Notes under the pieces: generated by a model | Told to the model about the DNA's origin: nothing | Databases searched by the model: none | Seen by the model: the letters and a program-made list of their open reading frames with translations, nothing else | Source of the DNA: a virus | Lineage: Duplodnaviria > Caudoviricetes | DNA: 64,000 nucleotides | Virus record (IMG/VR): IMGVR_UViG_3300013281_000008 | Location: 19,143-83,142 of that record | Strand: one strand, 5' to 3' | Shown: positions 52,863 to 61,469 of the stretch, piece after piece | Position numbering within the stretch: position 1 is the first letter of the stretch | Layout: each line of letters starts with the position of its first letter | Translations under genes and position numbers: made by a program

Positions 52863-54560
52863 ATGCCTCTTACTCCTGAAGAAGAAAGAGAACTCGCTGA
52901 ACTGGAAAAAGAATACGGGGAATCTCCGTCTACTCCAGTTGGATTGTCTCCTGAAGAAGAAGCCGAGCTTGCTTCTTTAGAGCAAGAATTTGCAGCGCCT
53001 TCCGTTCTCTCTCAACCAAGTGAATCAACTATTGGAGATAAAGCAGCCGCTTTGGGATATGGGACAGCTCAAGGTATTACTTCTGGTTTTGGCGAAGAAG
53101 CAAGCGCTCTTGTTGGGGCGACATTACCCACACAAACCGATGTAGAAGCAGGAAGAAGCTACTGGGATAGGTATTCCACCATCCGAGATCAACTCCGCGC
53201 TAAGCAAAAGGAAGCTGAAGAAAAGGCTCCTGGTTATTATATGGGTGGAACTTTAGCCGGAAGTGCGGCCCAAACTTTAGTTCCCGGCCTTGGTGCTCTA
53301 GGTAAAGGAGCTGCCACTGGAAAATTAGCAACACAAGGAGCTATTTCTGGATTAGGCTATTCTGAAGGAGATTTAACAAAGGGTGAAGTTGGAGAAGCAG
53401 CTAAAGATGTGGCACTAGGTGCGACAATAGATGTCGCAACTGGAAAAGCATTTAGTGCCGCCGAAAAGGGTGTTTCTAAGTTACTCAAAGGAAAAGAATT
53501 AGCACCGGAATTGGCAGCTGCTGCAGAACAAAAAGCAGTTCAGGCTCTAAAGCCAACTCCCTCAGAATATGCTAAATTGGAAAGAACTGACCAAGTTCAA
53601 AAGCTCGGACGGGAATTACTCGATCAAAAGGTCACTGGTCCATTTTCTTCTGTTAAAAAGATGGCGGAACGACTTGATGAAATTAAAGAAAAGGCCGGTT
53701 CTAAAATCGGTGAATTTGTTGATACGTTTGATGAATTATCTAAATCATCTCCCGATACTATATCTAAAGTAGATTACGATAAGATAATTAATGAAACTCG
53801 TGAACAAATTGCTCAATTAGAAAGAACCAATAAACAAGCAGCTAAAGCGGTCCAAGAAAAGCTAGATGAGCTTTTAGAATATGGACCAAAACAAACTGAT
53901 TTTGTCGGTGGAACTAAGACGGCTGATTTAGCTAAAGTTCCAGAACCTAGAACTTTAAATGAATTAAAATCATTTAAACAAGGTATTGCAGATAAAGCGT
54001 ACGTTGAGGGCAATATAAGCGGTCGTGATGTTAAGAACGCTTTAAGAGATTTCGAACGTCGAATTGACGATGAAATAGTTAGCACTATTGAAAGAAGTAA
54101 TATCGGCACTCGTCCAGAATTCCAAGAAGCTAAGCGTAATTATACATTTGCTAAAAGATTAGAGAAGATTGCGGATCGTGCTTCTGCTAAAGATGAGCTT
54201 TCTGCCGCCATTAGCGTTCCAGAGGCTCAAGCCATCGCCGCCGGAATGGTAACCGGATCTCCGAGTATTCCACTTGTATTTGCAGCTAAACGCGGTGTAA
54301 AAGAATTCGGAAAACAAATTCAAGCCACGACTTTAGATAAGCTATCTCGATTGGCTTCTAAAACGCCAGAACGTCTCGGTAGATGGGCAGATACGTTGTC
54401 TAAAGCGACCGAAAGAGGCCCGACTTCATTGGCTGCCACTAACTTTATTCTATCCCAAAAAGATGCTGAATATCGAGAATTCCTTAAACAACTGGAAGAA
54501 GAAAAGGACGAAATAGAGTTTACTGAACCTTCCGTTATTACGCCAAGGGAGAAACCCTAA
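52863..54560 (+). CDS. Internal virion/ejection protein
   Basis: GTAQGITSGFGEEASA, Gly/Ala-rich TM-like segments, then coiled coil. Confidence 0.65.
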   Translation: MPLTPEEERELAELEKEYGESPSTPVGLSPEEEAELASLEQEFAAPSVLSQPSESTIGDKAAALGYGTAQGITSGFGEEASALVGATLPTQTDVEAGRSYWDRYSTIRDQLRAKQKEAEEKAPGYYMGGTLAGSAAQTLVPGLGALGKGAATGKLATQGAISGLGYSEGDLTKGEVGEAAKDVALGATIDVATGKAFSAAEKGVSKLLKGKELAPELAAAAEQKAVQALKPTPSEYAKLERTDQVQKLGRELLDQKVTGPFSSVKKMAERLDEIKEKAGSKIGEFVDTFDELSKSSPDTISKVDYDKIINETREQIAQLERTNKQAAKAVQEKLDELLEYGPKQTDFVGGTKTADLAKVPEPRTLNELKSFKQGIADKAYVEGNISGRDVKNALRDFERRIDDEIVSTIERSNIGTRPEFQEAKRNYTFAKRLEKIADRASAKDELSAAISVPEAQAIAAGMVTGSPSIPLVFAAKRGVKEFGKQIQATTLDKLSRLASKTPERLGRWADTLSKATERGPTSLAATNFILSQKDAEYREFLKQLEEEKDEIEFTEPSVITPREKP

Positions 54561-55024
54561 TGAAAACTCATTTAGTCAAATTGGTTTCCTTTGGTGAAGA
54601 ATTATCTATGAATTCATTAAATGCTTATTTATTGAAATGTGCCGGGGTTATAGGGGTATTCCTCGCTCCCATTAAAATGGTATTATTTGCCGTTGGGTTC
54701 CTTATTGTGGCAGATTTCATTTCTGGGGTTTGGGCCGCTAAACGACGCGGTGAGAAGATTACATCTAATGGGTTTAGACATACCGTCACTAAGATGTTTG
54801 CATACCAAGGTACTATAATTACCGCGTTCGTTGTAGAATCTTTCTTACTTCCTGACGTGCCTTTTGTTAAGATAGTATCAGCGATGATCGGTTTAACTGA
54901 AGTCAAGTCTTTCTTTGAAAACATGAATTCCATTGTCGGACTAGATGTATGGTCCGAACTTCTCAAAAAAGTTCACGGTAATAAAACCTTTATTCGAAAA
55001 AAGAGTAGAAGGAGATCTAAATAA
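54560..55024 (+). CDS. Holin (phage holin family 4-like)
   Basis: FLIVADFISGVWAAKRRGEKITSNGFRHTVTK...E.KS..EN motif, TM segments, basic tail. Confidence 0.8.
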   Translation: MKTHLVKLVSFGEELSMNSLNAYLLKCAGVIGVFLAPIKMVLFAVGFLIVADFISGVWAAKRRGEKITSNGFRHTVTKMFAYQGTIITAFVVESFLLPDVPFVKIVSAMIGLTEVKSFFENMNSIVGLDVWSELLKKVHGNKTFIRKKSRRRSK

Positions 55025-55230
55025 TGCTTCCTAAACAACCAGTTAAAATGGGCATGATGAAGATCAAGCCTATCAAAAAAGATGATAAAGTCAAGGGTGT
55101 ACAAATTCAACAAGCTGAAATTGGTATTCAACCAGTTGGGGCTATAAAAGAACTTCCTGAAATGGCTAAGGCCATGCCAAAGCCAATGAAGCGTTTTGGT
55201 AAGGTTTTAAAGGTACTTAAGGGTAAGTAA
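55024..55230 (+). CDS. Small basic protein with C-terminal F-x-x-V-x-K-x-L helix (1)
   Basis: Ends KRFGKVLKVLKGK; TAATG-coupled. Confidence 0.7.
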   Translation: MLPKQPVKMGMMKIKPIKKDDKVKGVQIQQAEIGIQPVGAIKELPEMAKAMPKPMKRFGKVLKVLKGK

Positions 55231-55415
55231 TGAAACGTAAACGCCCAGGAATGGGCACTTCTCAAGGCGGTAAGACCGACGTGATTTCACCTGAAAGGGT
55301 GCAACCGCTTTCTTATCGTCCAAAGCCGGTGGATTCGGCCAGTAAAGGTCTTTTTGAGAAGAAAGGCCCAAAATGTCGCTTTAAGCAAATACTTAAGGCT
55401 TTAACTAAGGAATAA
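55230..55415 (+). CDS. Small basic protein with C-terminal F-x-x-I-x-K-x-L helix (2)
   Basis: Ends CRFKQILKALTKE; TAATG-coupled. Confidence 0.7.
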   Translation: MKRKRPGMGTSQGGKTDVISPERVQPLSYRPKPVDSASKGLFEKKGPKCRFKQILKALTKE

Positions 55416-55417
55416 TT

Positions 55418-55828
55418 ATGCTTATGATAAGTATCCCTGGGACAATTGAGCAACTGAATGATAATAGCTATAAAATTAATATAAAAGCTCTTCGACTTCA
55501 GGCGACAGTGAATAACTTAGATAACGTTGCTAAAACACTAGCTAAAACGCTCAAGAATGCCCTAGGTGAAGACTTTGGAGGTCTCCTGGTATCATACCGT
55601 CAACCTCGTGGTTTTCACGAAATAGAGGGCAATTTAAAGCATTTCTTTCTGGAATCTAGCAAGCATGAGATCCTTCTTAAGGAAGTTTTTAAAAATGAAC
55701 GTTTAATCGACGATAAAGACAAGGAAGATAAGAAAAAGAAGCTGGAAAACAGCCATTTGCATATGGCCTCATCCGAGGAAGTACTTGATTACGGCTATAT
55801 GCAAGATCCATCGGAATGGGGAGTATAA
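55418..55828 (+). CDS. hypothetical protein
   Basis: 136-aa ORF in the coupled string. Confidence 0.6.
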   Translation: MLMISIPGTIEQLNDNSYKINIKALRLQATVNNLDNVAKTLAKTLKNALGEDFGGLLVSYRQPRGFHEIEGNLKHFFLESSKHEILLKEVFKNERLIDDKDKEDKKKKLENSHLHMASSEEVLDYGYMQDPSEWGV

Positions 55829-56673
55829 TGAAAAAGCACTGGAAACGAATCGTTAAACAATATCATAAGAAAGCCAAAGAATGGCTTAATGCCCAAAAGT
55901 ACTATGCTTTGGCGTTTATAAAGCGTTCTATTAGTATGTTTACAGCATTGGTGACAGTGTTTAGTTTGGGCATCTTTGTAGTGGTTACTGCCTTAATGGC
56001 TGAGAATGTCCATACGACCTATATAGAATATAAAGTAGGTTCTAACACACTCTACATTAGATCGCCTGAAGATGCTAAAAAAAGAGGGTCTGGAACTGCT
56101 TTTGCGATGAAGACCCCCAGTGGTAAAGTGGTCACAGTAACAAACGCCCATATCTGTGAACTTGCTAATGATCAAGGGATAATTATGATCCAGGATAAAA
56201 AGCACACTGGACGACTTATTCCTAAGCGAGTAGTGGAAGTTTATCCAGATAATGACCTTTGTATTGTAGAAGGCATGGTTGGATATGATGGGTTAGAATT
56301 GGGAGATGAAGTTAAAATAGGCCAAAGAGTCTGGGCACTTGGCTATCCTCTTGGAGAAGGACTTAATGTCGCAAGGGGAAGAGTAAAGGGCTTCGCTACG
56401 ATTAAAATGATGGACGACACGCCTTTGGATAAATGCGAAGGGAAAAGATTTAAGAAAGAAAAGATCAATTTCTTCTTTATGGAAATCCAAGTTTGTACTA
56501 AACTATATGAAACGACCGCCACAGACTTAGAAATATACCCAGGAAATTCTGGAAGTGCTTTAGTTAATAATATGGGCAATGTAGTTGGCGTTGTATTTGC
56601 AGCTAATAGTTTAACTCATTGGGGCCATGCTGTAGTTTTAAAGGATCTCAAACAACTCTTAAGTGCATATTAA
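55828..56673 (+). CDS. Membrane-anchored trypsin-like (S1) serine protease
   Basis: Triad motifs VTNAHIC, DNDLC and PGNSGS; N-terminal TM helix; TAATG start at 55828. Confidence 0.88.
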   Translation: MKKHWKRIVKQYHKKAKEWLNAQKYYALAFIKRSISMFTALVTVFSLGIFVVVTALMAENVHTTYIEYKVGSNTLYIRSPEDAKKRGSGTAFAMKTPSGKVVTVTNAHICELANDQGIIMIQDKKHTGRLIPKRVVEVYPDNDLCIVEGMVGYDGLELGDEVKIGQRVWALGYPLGEGLNVARGRVKGFATIKMMDDTPLDKCEGKRFKKEKINFFFMEIQVCTKLYETTATDLEIYPGNSGSALVNNMGNVVGVVFAANSLTHWGHAVVLKDLKQLLSAY

Positions 56674-56684
56674 ATAGGTGTAAT

Positions 56685-56828
56685 ATGGAAAAGAAGAAAG
56701 ACAAAAAACAAAACGTAGAAGCGGTAAGAGTCGGTGAAGGTGCTCTTCCTTATCTTCCTAGAGAAGAATCTAAGGAAAGCAAGAAAAGCCGATTTGCTCG
56801 TATTCGTAAACATCTCAGCGAGAAATAA
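56685..56828 (+). CDS. Small basic protein with C-terminal helix motif (3), 47 aa
   Basis: SD AGGTG + ATG 56685; ends SRFARIRKHLSEK. Confidence 0.7.
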   Translation: MEKKKDKKQNVEAVRVGEGALPYLPREESKESKKSRFARIRKHLSEK

Positions 56829-56830
56829 TC

Positions 56831-57025
56831 ATGGCGGATAAAGACAAAAAGAAAGATAAGAAGTTCCTTCGACCGGATTATGCAGTCATCGAACCTGTTG
56901 ATATTTTTGATGAAGTTGATTATCAAAAGGATAAGAAAGAATACGAAAAGCATAAAAATAAGCGGGACAAACAAAAGTCTCTGTTTAAGAATATTATGAA
57001 AAGCATTTCTGGAGACGATGAATAA
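56831..57025 (+). CDS. Small charged protein with C-terminal helix motif (4)
   Basis: Ends SLFKNIMKSISGDDE. Confidence 0.7.
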   Translation: MADKDKKKDKKFLRPDYAVIEPVDIFDEVDYQKDKKEYEKHKNKRDKQKSLFKNIMKSISGDDE

Positions 57026-57198
57026 TGCCGTACGTTTCGGACGCCCAGCGAAGGTTTTTCAATAGTAAAGGTGCTAAAAAAGCTGGCATTTCTCTTCCTA
57101 CCGTTAAAGAGTTTAACGAGGCGTCTAAAGGAATGGATCTTCCTGAACGTAAAAGCAAGAAGTTTAGCAAAATTAAGAAAACAATAAGCAAGAGCTAA
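57025..57198 (+). CDS. Small basic protein with C-terminal helix motif (5), 57 aa (not in the ORF track)
   Basis: MPYVSDAQRRFFNSKG...LPERKSKKFSKIKKTISKS*; TAATG-coupled. Confidence 0.7.
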   Translation: MPYVSDAQRRFFNSKGAKKAGISLPTVKEFNEASKGMDLPERKSKKFSKIKKTISKS

Positions 57199-57199
57199 T

Positions 57200-57355
57200 A
57201 TGGACGCCCCTGTTTCAACAATGGATGTCACACCTATTCTGAAGGAAATTTATGCTGGACGTTCTATTAAGCATCCTAAAAAAGTTGCTGGGAAACAATT
57301 CAAACGTATCCGAAAACAACTCAAAGGAAGTAAGTCTTCCTATTCAAAAGAGTAA
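57200..57355 (+). CDS. Small basic protein with helix motif (6), 51 aa (not in the ORF track)
   Basis: MDAPVSTMDVTPILKEIYAGRSIKHPKKVAGKQFKRIRKQLKGSKSSYSKE*; starts 1 nt after the previous stop. Confidence 0.6.
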   Translation: MDAPVSTMDVTPILKEIYAGRSIKHPKKVAGKQFKRIRKQLKGSKSSYSKE

Positions 57356-57359
57356 TCCT

Positions 57360-57767
57360 GTGGCTATTTCAATTGAGGCATATTTCGCAGATCCTAATAC
57401 TGGAAAAGATCGAAGAGATCAATATCCCGAAGATTATAATAATGGCATTTTAGCCAATGCTAACGTTCTTCTTTCTAAAGTTAATGCACTTCTAACTGAT
57501 TTGGGTATAATTGCAGTTCAAGTAAGCTCGGGGTGGAGACCGCCATCAGTAAATGTAGCAGCAGGTGGTGCTAAAAAGTCAGCTCATTGTACTGGAGAAG
57601 CTTGTGATTTGTCGGATAGATCTGGTCAATTAAAGAAACAGTTACAAGAGAAGCTACATTTGCTTGAGAAACATGATCTTTATATGGAAGACCCCCAATT
57701 TTGTCCAACCTGGGTTCATCTTCAATCAAGAAAGACCAAATCAGGCAATCGCGTTTTTAAACCGTAG
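57360..57767 (+). CDS. Endolysin, peptidase M15 (Zn L-Ala-D-Glu/D-Ala-D-Ala type); start GTG 57360 or ATG 57252
   Basis: SSGWRP, SAHCTGEACDL and WVHLQ Zn-binding motifs. Confidence 0.85.
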   Translation: MAISIEAYFADPNTGKDRRDQYPEDYNNGILANANVLLSKVNALLTDLGIIAVQVSSGWRPPSVNVAAGGAKKSAHCTGEACDLSDRSGQLKKQLQEKLHLLEKHDLYMEDPQFCPTWVHLQSRKTKSGNRVFKP

Positions 57768-58248
57768 CTTTAACCAATATCTTACTAACTGTTTGTTGAC
57801 AAACCCCAAATATTTTTCCAATCTTTCTTTGACTATACCCCAACTCTGCCAACTTTTTTAATTCTGGTATTTGGTCCAACTTAATTTTCCCTAAACCAGT
57901 TTTTCTAGTCGCATGTAATCCGGTTTTAACCGCATGATCTCTATTTTCTTGATTTGTTACCCATTCTAAATTGGAAACATTATTATTCAATTTATTACCA
58001 TCTTTATGATTAATTTGAGGTTTATTTTCAAAATTATCTAAATAAGTCCAAGCAACTATTTGGTGTATGAAAACAGTTTTTTTCTTATTTGTTTTTGGGC
58101 ATTTCAAATTTGTTCTATAGTAGCCCTTCTTATTTTTATTAAAAGATCTTTTAATTGTTTTTTTAAGTAAACTTTGTAATGCGCCATAATTAGAAATTAA
58201 ATAATAATCTTCGTAGTCTTTTACTGGTTTAAAATATTCATCATCCAT
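57757..58248 (-). CDS. NUMOD4-HNH homing endonuclease with C-terminal HTH
   Basis: FKPVKDYEDYYLISNYG; IHQIVA...INHKDGNKLNNNVSNLEWVT..N..H; YSQRKIGKIFGV. Confidence 0.9.
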   Translation of the reverse strand: MDDEYFKPVKDYEDYYLISNYGALQSLLKKTIKRSFNKNKKGYYRTNLKCPKTNKKKTVFIHQIVAWTYLDNFENKPQINHKDGNKLNNNVSNLEWVTNQENRDHAVKTGLHATRKTGLGKIKLDQIPELKKLAELGYSQRKIGKIFGVCQQTVSKILVKATV

Positions 58249-58258
58249 ATGATATTAT

Positions 58259-58507
58259 TTAAACCTTATCGAAAATATTACCGTTTTGTTCGGCTTTAAG
58301 ATCCTCATATTTAGAGAGATCTTTCCTCCATTCATCCAATGTAGAAGTAAGTCCCGCTAAGACTTCAGCTCGTTGTTTAAACCCTTTACCATTCAACTTA
58401 AGATATTCCACACACTGGATTGCTATCCAAGCTGCAAACTCTCCAGCATTAGTTGCATATCCTCGCTCTTTTAATATAGCTAATGCATTGTCTGTAATAT
58501 GTGGCAT
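58259..58507 (-). CDS. Conserved phage protein (DUF6899-like)
   Basis: MPHI...AGE......YEDLKAEQNGNI pattern. Confidence 0.6.
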   Translation of the reverse strand: MPHITDNALAILKERGYATNAGEFAAWIAIQCVEYLKLNGKGFKQRAEVLAGLTSTLDEWRKDLSKYEDLKAEQNGNIFDKV

Positions 58508-58726
58508 TTAAGCACCATTCCCTTCCGCAATGTATAATGAACCTCTCACTACCTGTATAATATCATTAGGGTCAATATCGTTAGCCCAACCATATCTTAG
58601 ATAATCAGTTCCGCCGTCCACCGAGACCTTACCACACTTACAAAATTGCTCATGATGTCGAGACGTGCTAAAAATAATGTCTTGACATCGGGGGCATTTT
58701 ATCCCGTATTGGGGATTGCTATTCAT
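58508..58726 (-). CDS. Conserved small Zn-binding phage protein
   Basis: CPRCQDIIFS..RH....CKCGKVSVDGG.DYLR. Confidence 0.75.
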   Translation of the reverse strand: MNSNPQYGIKCPRCQDIIFSTSRHHEQFCKCGKVSVDGGTDYLRYGWANDIDPNDIIQVVRGSLYIAEGNGA

Positions 58727-59180
58727 CTTTCTTCCCTTTAAAGACTGTCTTTACAAGATCATTTTTATGATCTATTACATCGATTAAATGATCTTCTATA
58801 ACATACGTTCCAAGTGCCGGTTCATAATGCTCAGAATCATTTGACATATCTTGAATACTATACTTAATACGTTGATTATACATATCACGATAACGAGAGT
58901 TTGTCAATCCATATAGCTCACGTTTTTTGTTCTTGTACTTCTTATGAACAACTGGGCCTTCTTTTCTGAAGGTATTGCCATAATATTCTTCGTTAAATTT
59001 CGATAACCATTCCTTATCCTTTTCAGATAAATTCTTGGCGTAATCCTGATCTGCATAATATCTAGAGTATTTAGGGAAGGTAAGCGGTTCTAATCCCCAG
59101 AGCTTTTTAGCTTTCTTGGGCTTCGATCTCTTTGACTTCTTTTTTGGTATCTCTAGCTTCTTTCTTTTCTTTCGTTTCAC
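58719..59180 (-). CDS. hypothetical basic protein
   Basis: DYAKNLSEKDKEWLSKFNEEYY conserved-looking core. Confidence 0.7.
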   Translation of the reverse strand: MKRKKRKKLEIPKKKSKRSKPKKAKKLWGLEPLTFPKYSRYYADQDYAKNLSEKDKEWLSKFNEEYYGNTFRKEGPVVHKKYKNKKRELYGLTNSRYRDMYNQRIKYSIQDMSNDSEHYEPALGTYVIEDHLIDVIDHKNDLVKTVFKGKKDE

Positions 59181-59511
59181 GGAGTGCTTTTAATTCCTCT
59201 AAGGTATAGTTTATATAATACACTGTTTTACCCCTAACCACCCGTGATTGAATTACCTTTTTAAATGATTTAGCAAAAACTGAAATACTTGGTATATTAG
59301 TAACGCGCTTATCCTTACACCACTTGACAAACTCCTCATAAATAGGAGTAGCATAAATCTTATTTACACCGACCATTATTTGGTATTCGGCGATCCATTC
59401 AAAAGCCAATGTTTGGTAATCTTTCTTGGCGTAATAAGAATCAACAGCGGTTGACTGTGATTTAGCCAACCGCTTAAGGTCTTGTAAAGTGACGTACTTC
59501 TTACCCTTCAT
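59107..59511 (-). CDS. Winged-helix protein resembling the D5/primase C-terminal domain
   Basis: IYEEFVKWCKD...PSISVFAKSFKK pattern. Confidence 0.55.
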   Translation of the reverse strand: MKGKKYVTLQDLKRLAKSQSTAVDSYYAKKDYQTLAFEWIAEYQIMVGVNKIYATPIYEEFVKWCKDKRVTNIPSISVFAKSFKKVIQSRVVRGKTVYYINYTLEELKALRETKEKKEARDTKKEVKEIEAQES

Positions 59512-59792
59512 TATTTGATAACATCTACTTTCTTAAATACTTCACCGAGTTCTTTAGGATATGAAGCATTCAAATTAGTATGGGTTAGCTTTTGAAGCTG
59601 TTGATGAAGCTTCTTAGCTGCATCCAATTCATCAACCCATTTAATTTGATTCAAGGCACTGGAGAATACCATAAAATGATTACCAAACGCGGGAGATACG
59701 TAGTTGATAATACCGCTGTAATGCGCTTCTACTGTTTGATTATTAATTTTGCGAATATATCCAACTTCCTTAATTCTTTCTACTTTAACCAT
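59511..59792 (-). CDS. hypothetical protein
   Basis: SD AGGAGG; 93 aa. Confidence 0.65.
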   Translation of the reverse strand: MVKVERIKEVGYIRKINNQTVEAHYSGIINYVSPAFGNHFMVFSSALNQIKWVDELDAAKKLHQQLQKLTHTNLNASYPKELGEVFKKVDVIK

Positions 59793-59808
59793 AACTCCTC
59801 CTTAATAA

Positions 59809-60354
59809 TTAATTAGTTGTAGCTGCTTCTTCCGTTTTAACTTTTCTAGAAACCCTAGCAACCTTGATATTATACTTAAATTCTTGGTCGCCAATCTTAA
59901 GATCGATATTCTTAGATTCTCCAGTAGTCATACCGATAAGAGCGGCTTCAACGTCCTTAAACATATGATTATCATTATATGGTCCAAAGCCGACATTATC
60001 GAGCATAAGTTGTCGAGTAACATCTAGCTTATCTTGCTCGGCAACTTCAAAGCGAACTCGATCTCCAGTCGCAATAGCTTCAGTTGTGACTTCCAAACCA
60101 ACTAGCTTATCTTCTAAATTAAGCATTCGATCTTGGAACTCTTCAGAAGAAACACCAAGCTTTTCCTTGACGATTTCAATCAATGCACCAATTTCGATAT
60201 CCAAAGCTGAAAGGGTGTGCTTTACATCGGCCCGTACTTGGGAAAGAACTTGCTGTTGCATAACTTGCATATCGTTATTAAGTGCTTTTTGAACGTTAGT
60301 TGTGACCAATCGTTCAAAGCTGTTTTGTGGTTGAATACGACGTTTTTTCTTCAT
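59809..60354 (-). CDS. Coiled-coil protein with a C-terminal trigger-factor/FKBP-like domain
   Basis: AIATGDRVRF...FKDVEAALIGMTTGESKNIDL...FKYNIKVARV resembles the TF PPIase domain (GDxV, EEaLiGmkaGE.k.i). Confidence 0.6.
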   Translation of the reverse strand: MKKKRRIQPQNSFERLVTTNVQKALNNDMQVMQQQVLSQVRADVKHTLSALDIEIGALIEIVKEKLGVSSEEFQDRMLNLEDKLVGLEVTTEAIATGDRVRFEVAEQDKLDVTRQLMLDNVGFGPYNDNHMFKDVEAALIGMTTGESKNIDLKIGDQEFKYNIKVARVSRKVKTEEAATTN

Positions 60355-60377
60355 TAATATTAACTCCTTATCTAATT

Positions 60378-60578
60378 CTACATTAGCTGTCCAATTTTTG
60401 TCAACTTAAAAAACAACATAAAGAACAAATAAGTATGAAGCCAGATAAATACTATATGGGTAGTTGGGCCAAATCCGGTATCCTTCCCCCTATAGAGGAT
60501 AGAATAGACCATAAAGCAATTGTATAAAAATGCTATAACATTAATAGAAAGTGCTAAAATCAGCCATTCGTCAAGCAT
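60378..60578 (-). CDS. Two-TM membrane protein
   Basis: Two hydrophobic helices. Confidence 0.6.
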   Translation of the reverse strand: MLDEWLILALSINVIAFLYNCFMVYSILYRGKDTGFGPTTHIVFIWLHTYLFFMLFFKLTKIGQLM

Positions 60579-60849
60579 TCTTTTTCTCCTGACATACCTT
60601 ACAGTATTGGAAGGTCTCCTGGAGCCCTGTATAATTTACCCATTCATGATGACATGTTTTTGGCGGAATAGGATAATAATCCCAGGGATCTTTCGAAATA
60701 GGAGGATATTTAATAGCGTCTCCAAAGATTTCCTTGGCTTCCTGTTCACTAATAAGCGGTTTATAGTAGGGAATGGTCAATTCATCGTCATCATCGTTAG
60801 GATTAAAGAAGTAAGTTCCTTTAAGAATATCTCCAAAACCACTACCCAT
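60571..60849 (-). CDS. hypothetical protein with C-terminal CHHEW...CKVC motif
   Basis: SD AAGGAGG. Confidence 0.65.
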   Translation of the reverse strand: MGSGFGDILKGTYFFNPNDDDDELTIPYYKPLISEQEAKEIFGDAIKYPPISKDPWDYYPIPPKTCHHEWVNYTGLQETFQYCKVCQEKKNA

Positions 60850-61350
60850 TTATTTCTCCTCCTTAAGGATCGCTTCGATCTCGGTTAGGGCTTGTTCATT
60901 AAGATCCCTAGGAAGCCCGCAACAACTATAAAAATCATCCTCTGATATTGTGATCGTGTGAGACCTGTTTTCTGATCTTGAATATCCTTTGTCACATAAT
61001 TCAGCAGAATATTTTAAAGCCCCCATCGCCTTTTTGAGTGCGGCTCTCGTTCGCTCAACCTCAGAGATGAGCCACTCCACATCTTCGGGTGTAATGACTG
61101 AGCCAGAATGAAGTTTGCTGTGGTATGCCTTCTCGGCGATCTCCGCCAAGCGGTCTTCGGGTGGGGTGGTCATTTCCTCGCTCTCTTTCTTCATAAAACC
61201 AAATGTTCTGCGTCCAGAATCACAATGTGTCGTCGAATTTACCTTGATAAGAAAATGAACCTCAGCAAGCCACAACGTTTCAAAAACGCTTTCGGGTTCA
61301 AGAACAATGATGGGCTTACGGTCTGAAGATTCTACAATCTCTAGCTTCAC
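60850..61350 (-). CDS. hypothetical protein(s); possibly two genes, second start at 61174 region
   Basis: 166-aa ORF with an internal SD-like GAGGAA before MTTPPED. Confidence 0.5.
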   Translation of the reverse strand: MKLEIVESSDRKPIIVLEPESVFETLWLAEVHFLIKVNSTTHCDSGRRTFGFMKKESEEMTTPPEDRLAEIAEKAYHSKLHSGSVITPEDVEWLISEVERTRAALKKAMGALKYSAELCDKGYSRSENRSHTITISEDDFYSCCGLPRDLNEQALTEIEAILKEEK

Positions 61351-61469
61351 TCACCGCCTCATGCTCTGCCGAGACTTCGTAAGTCGCTTCGAAGATGTCG
61401 GGATTCATAATGGTCCTTTCGTGGTACAGTTTGCAGTACAAATAACGTGAGTTGGTACAAAAACATAAT

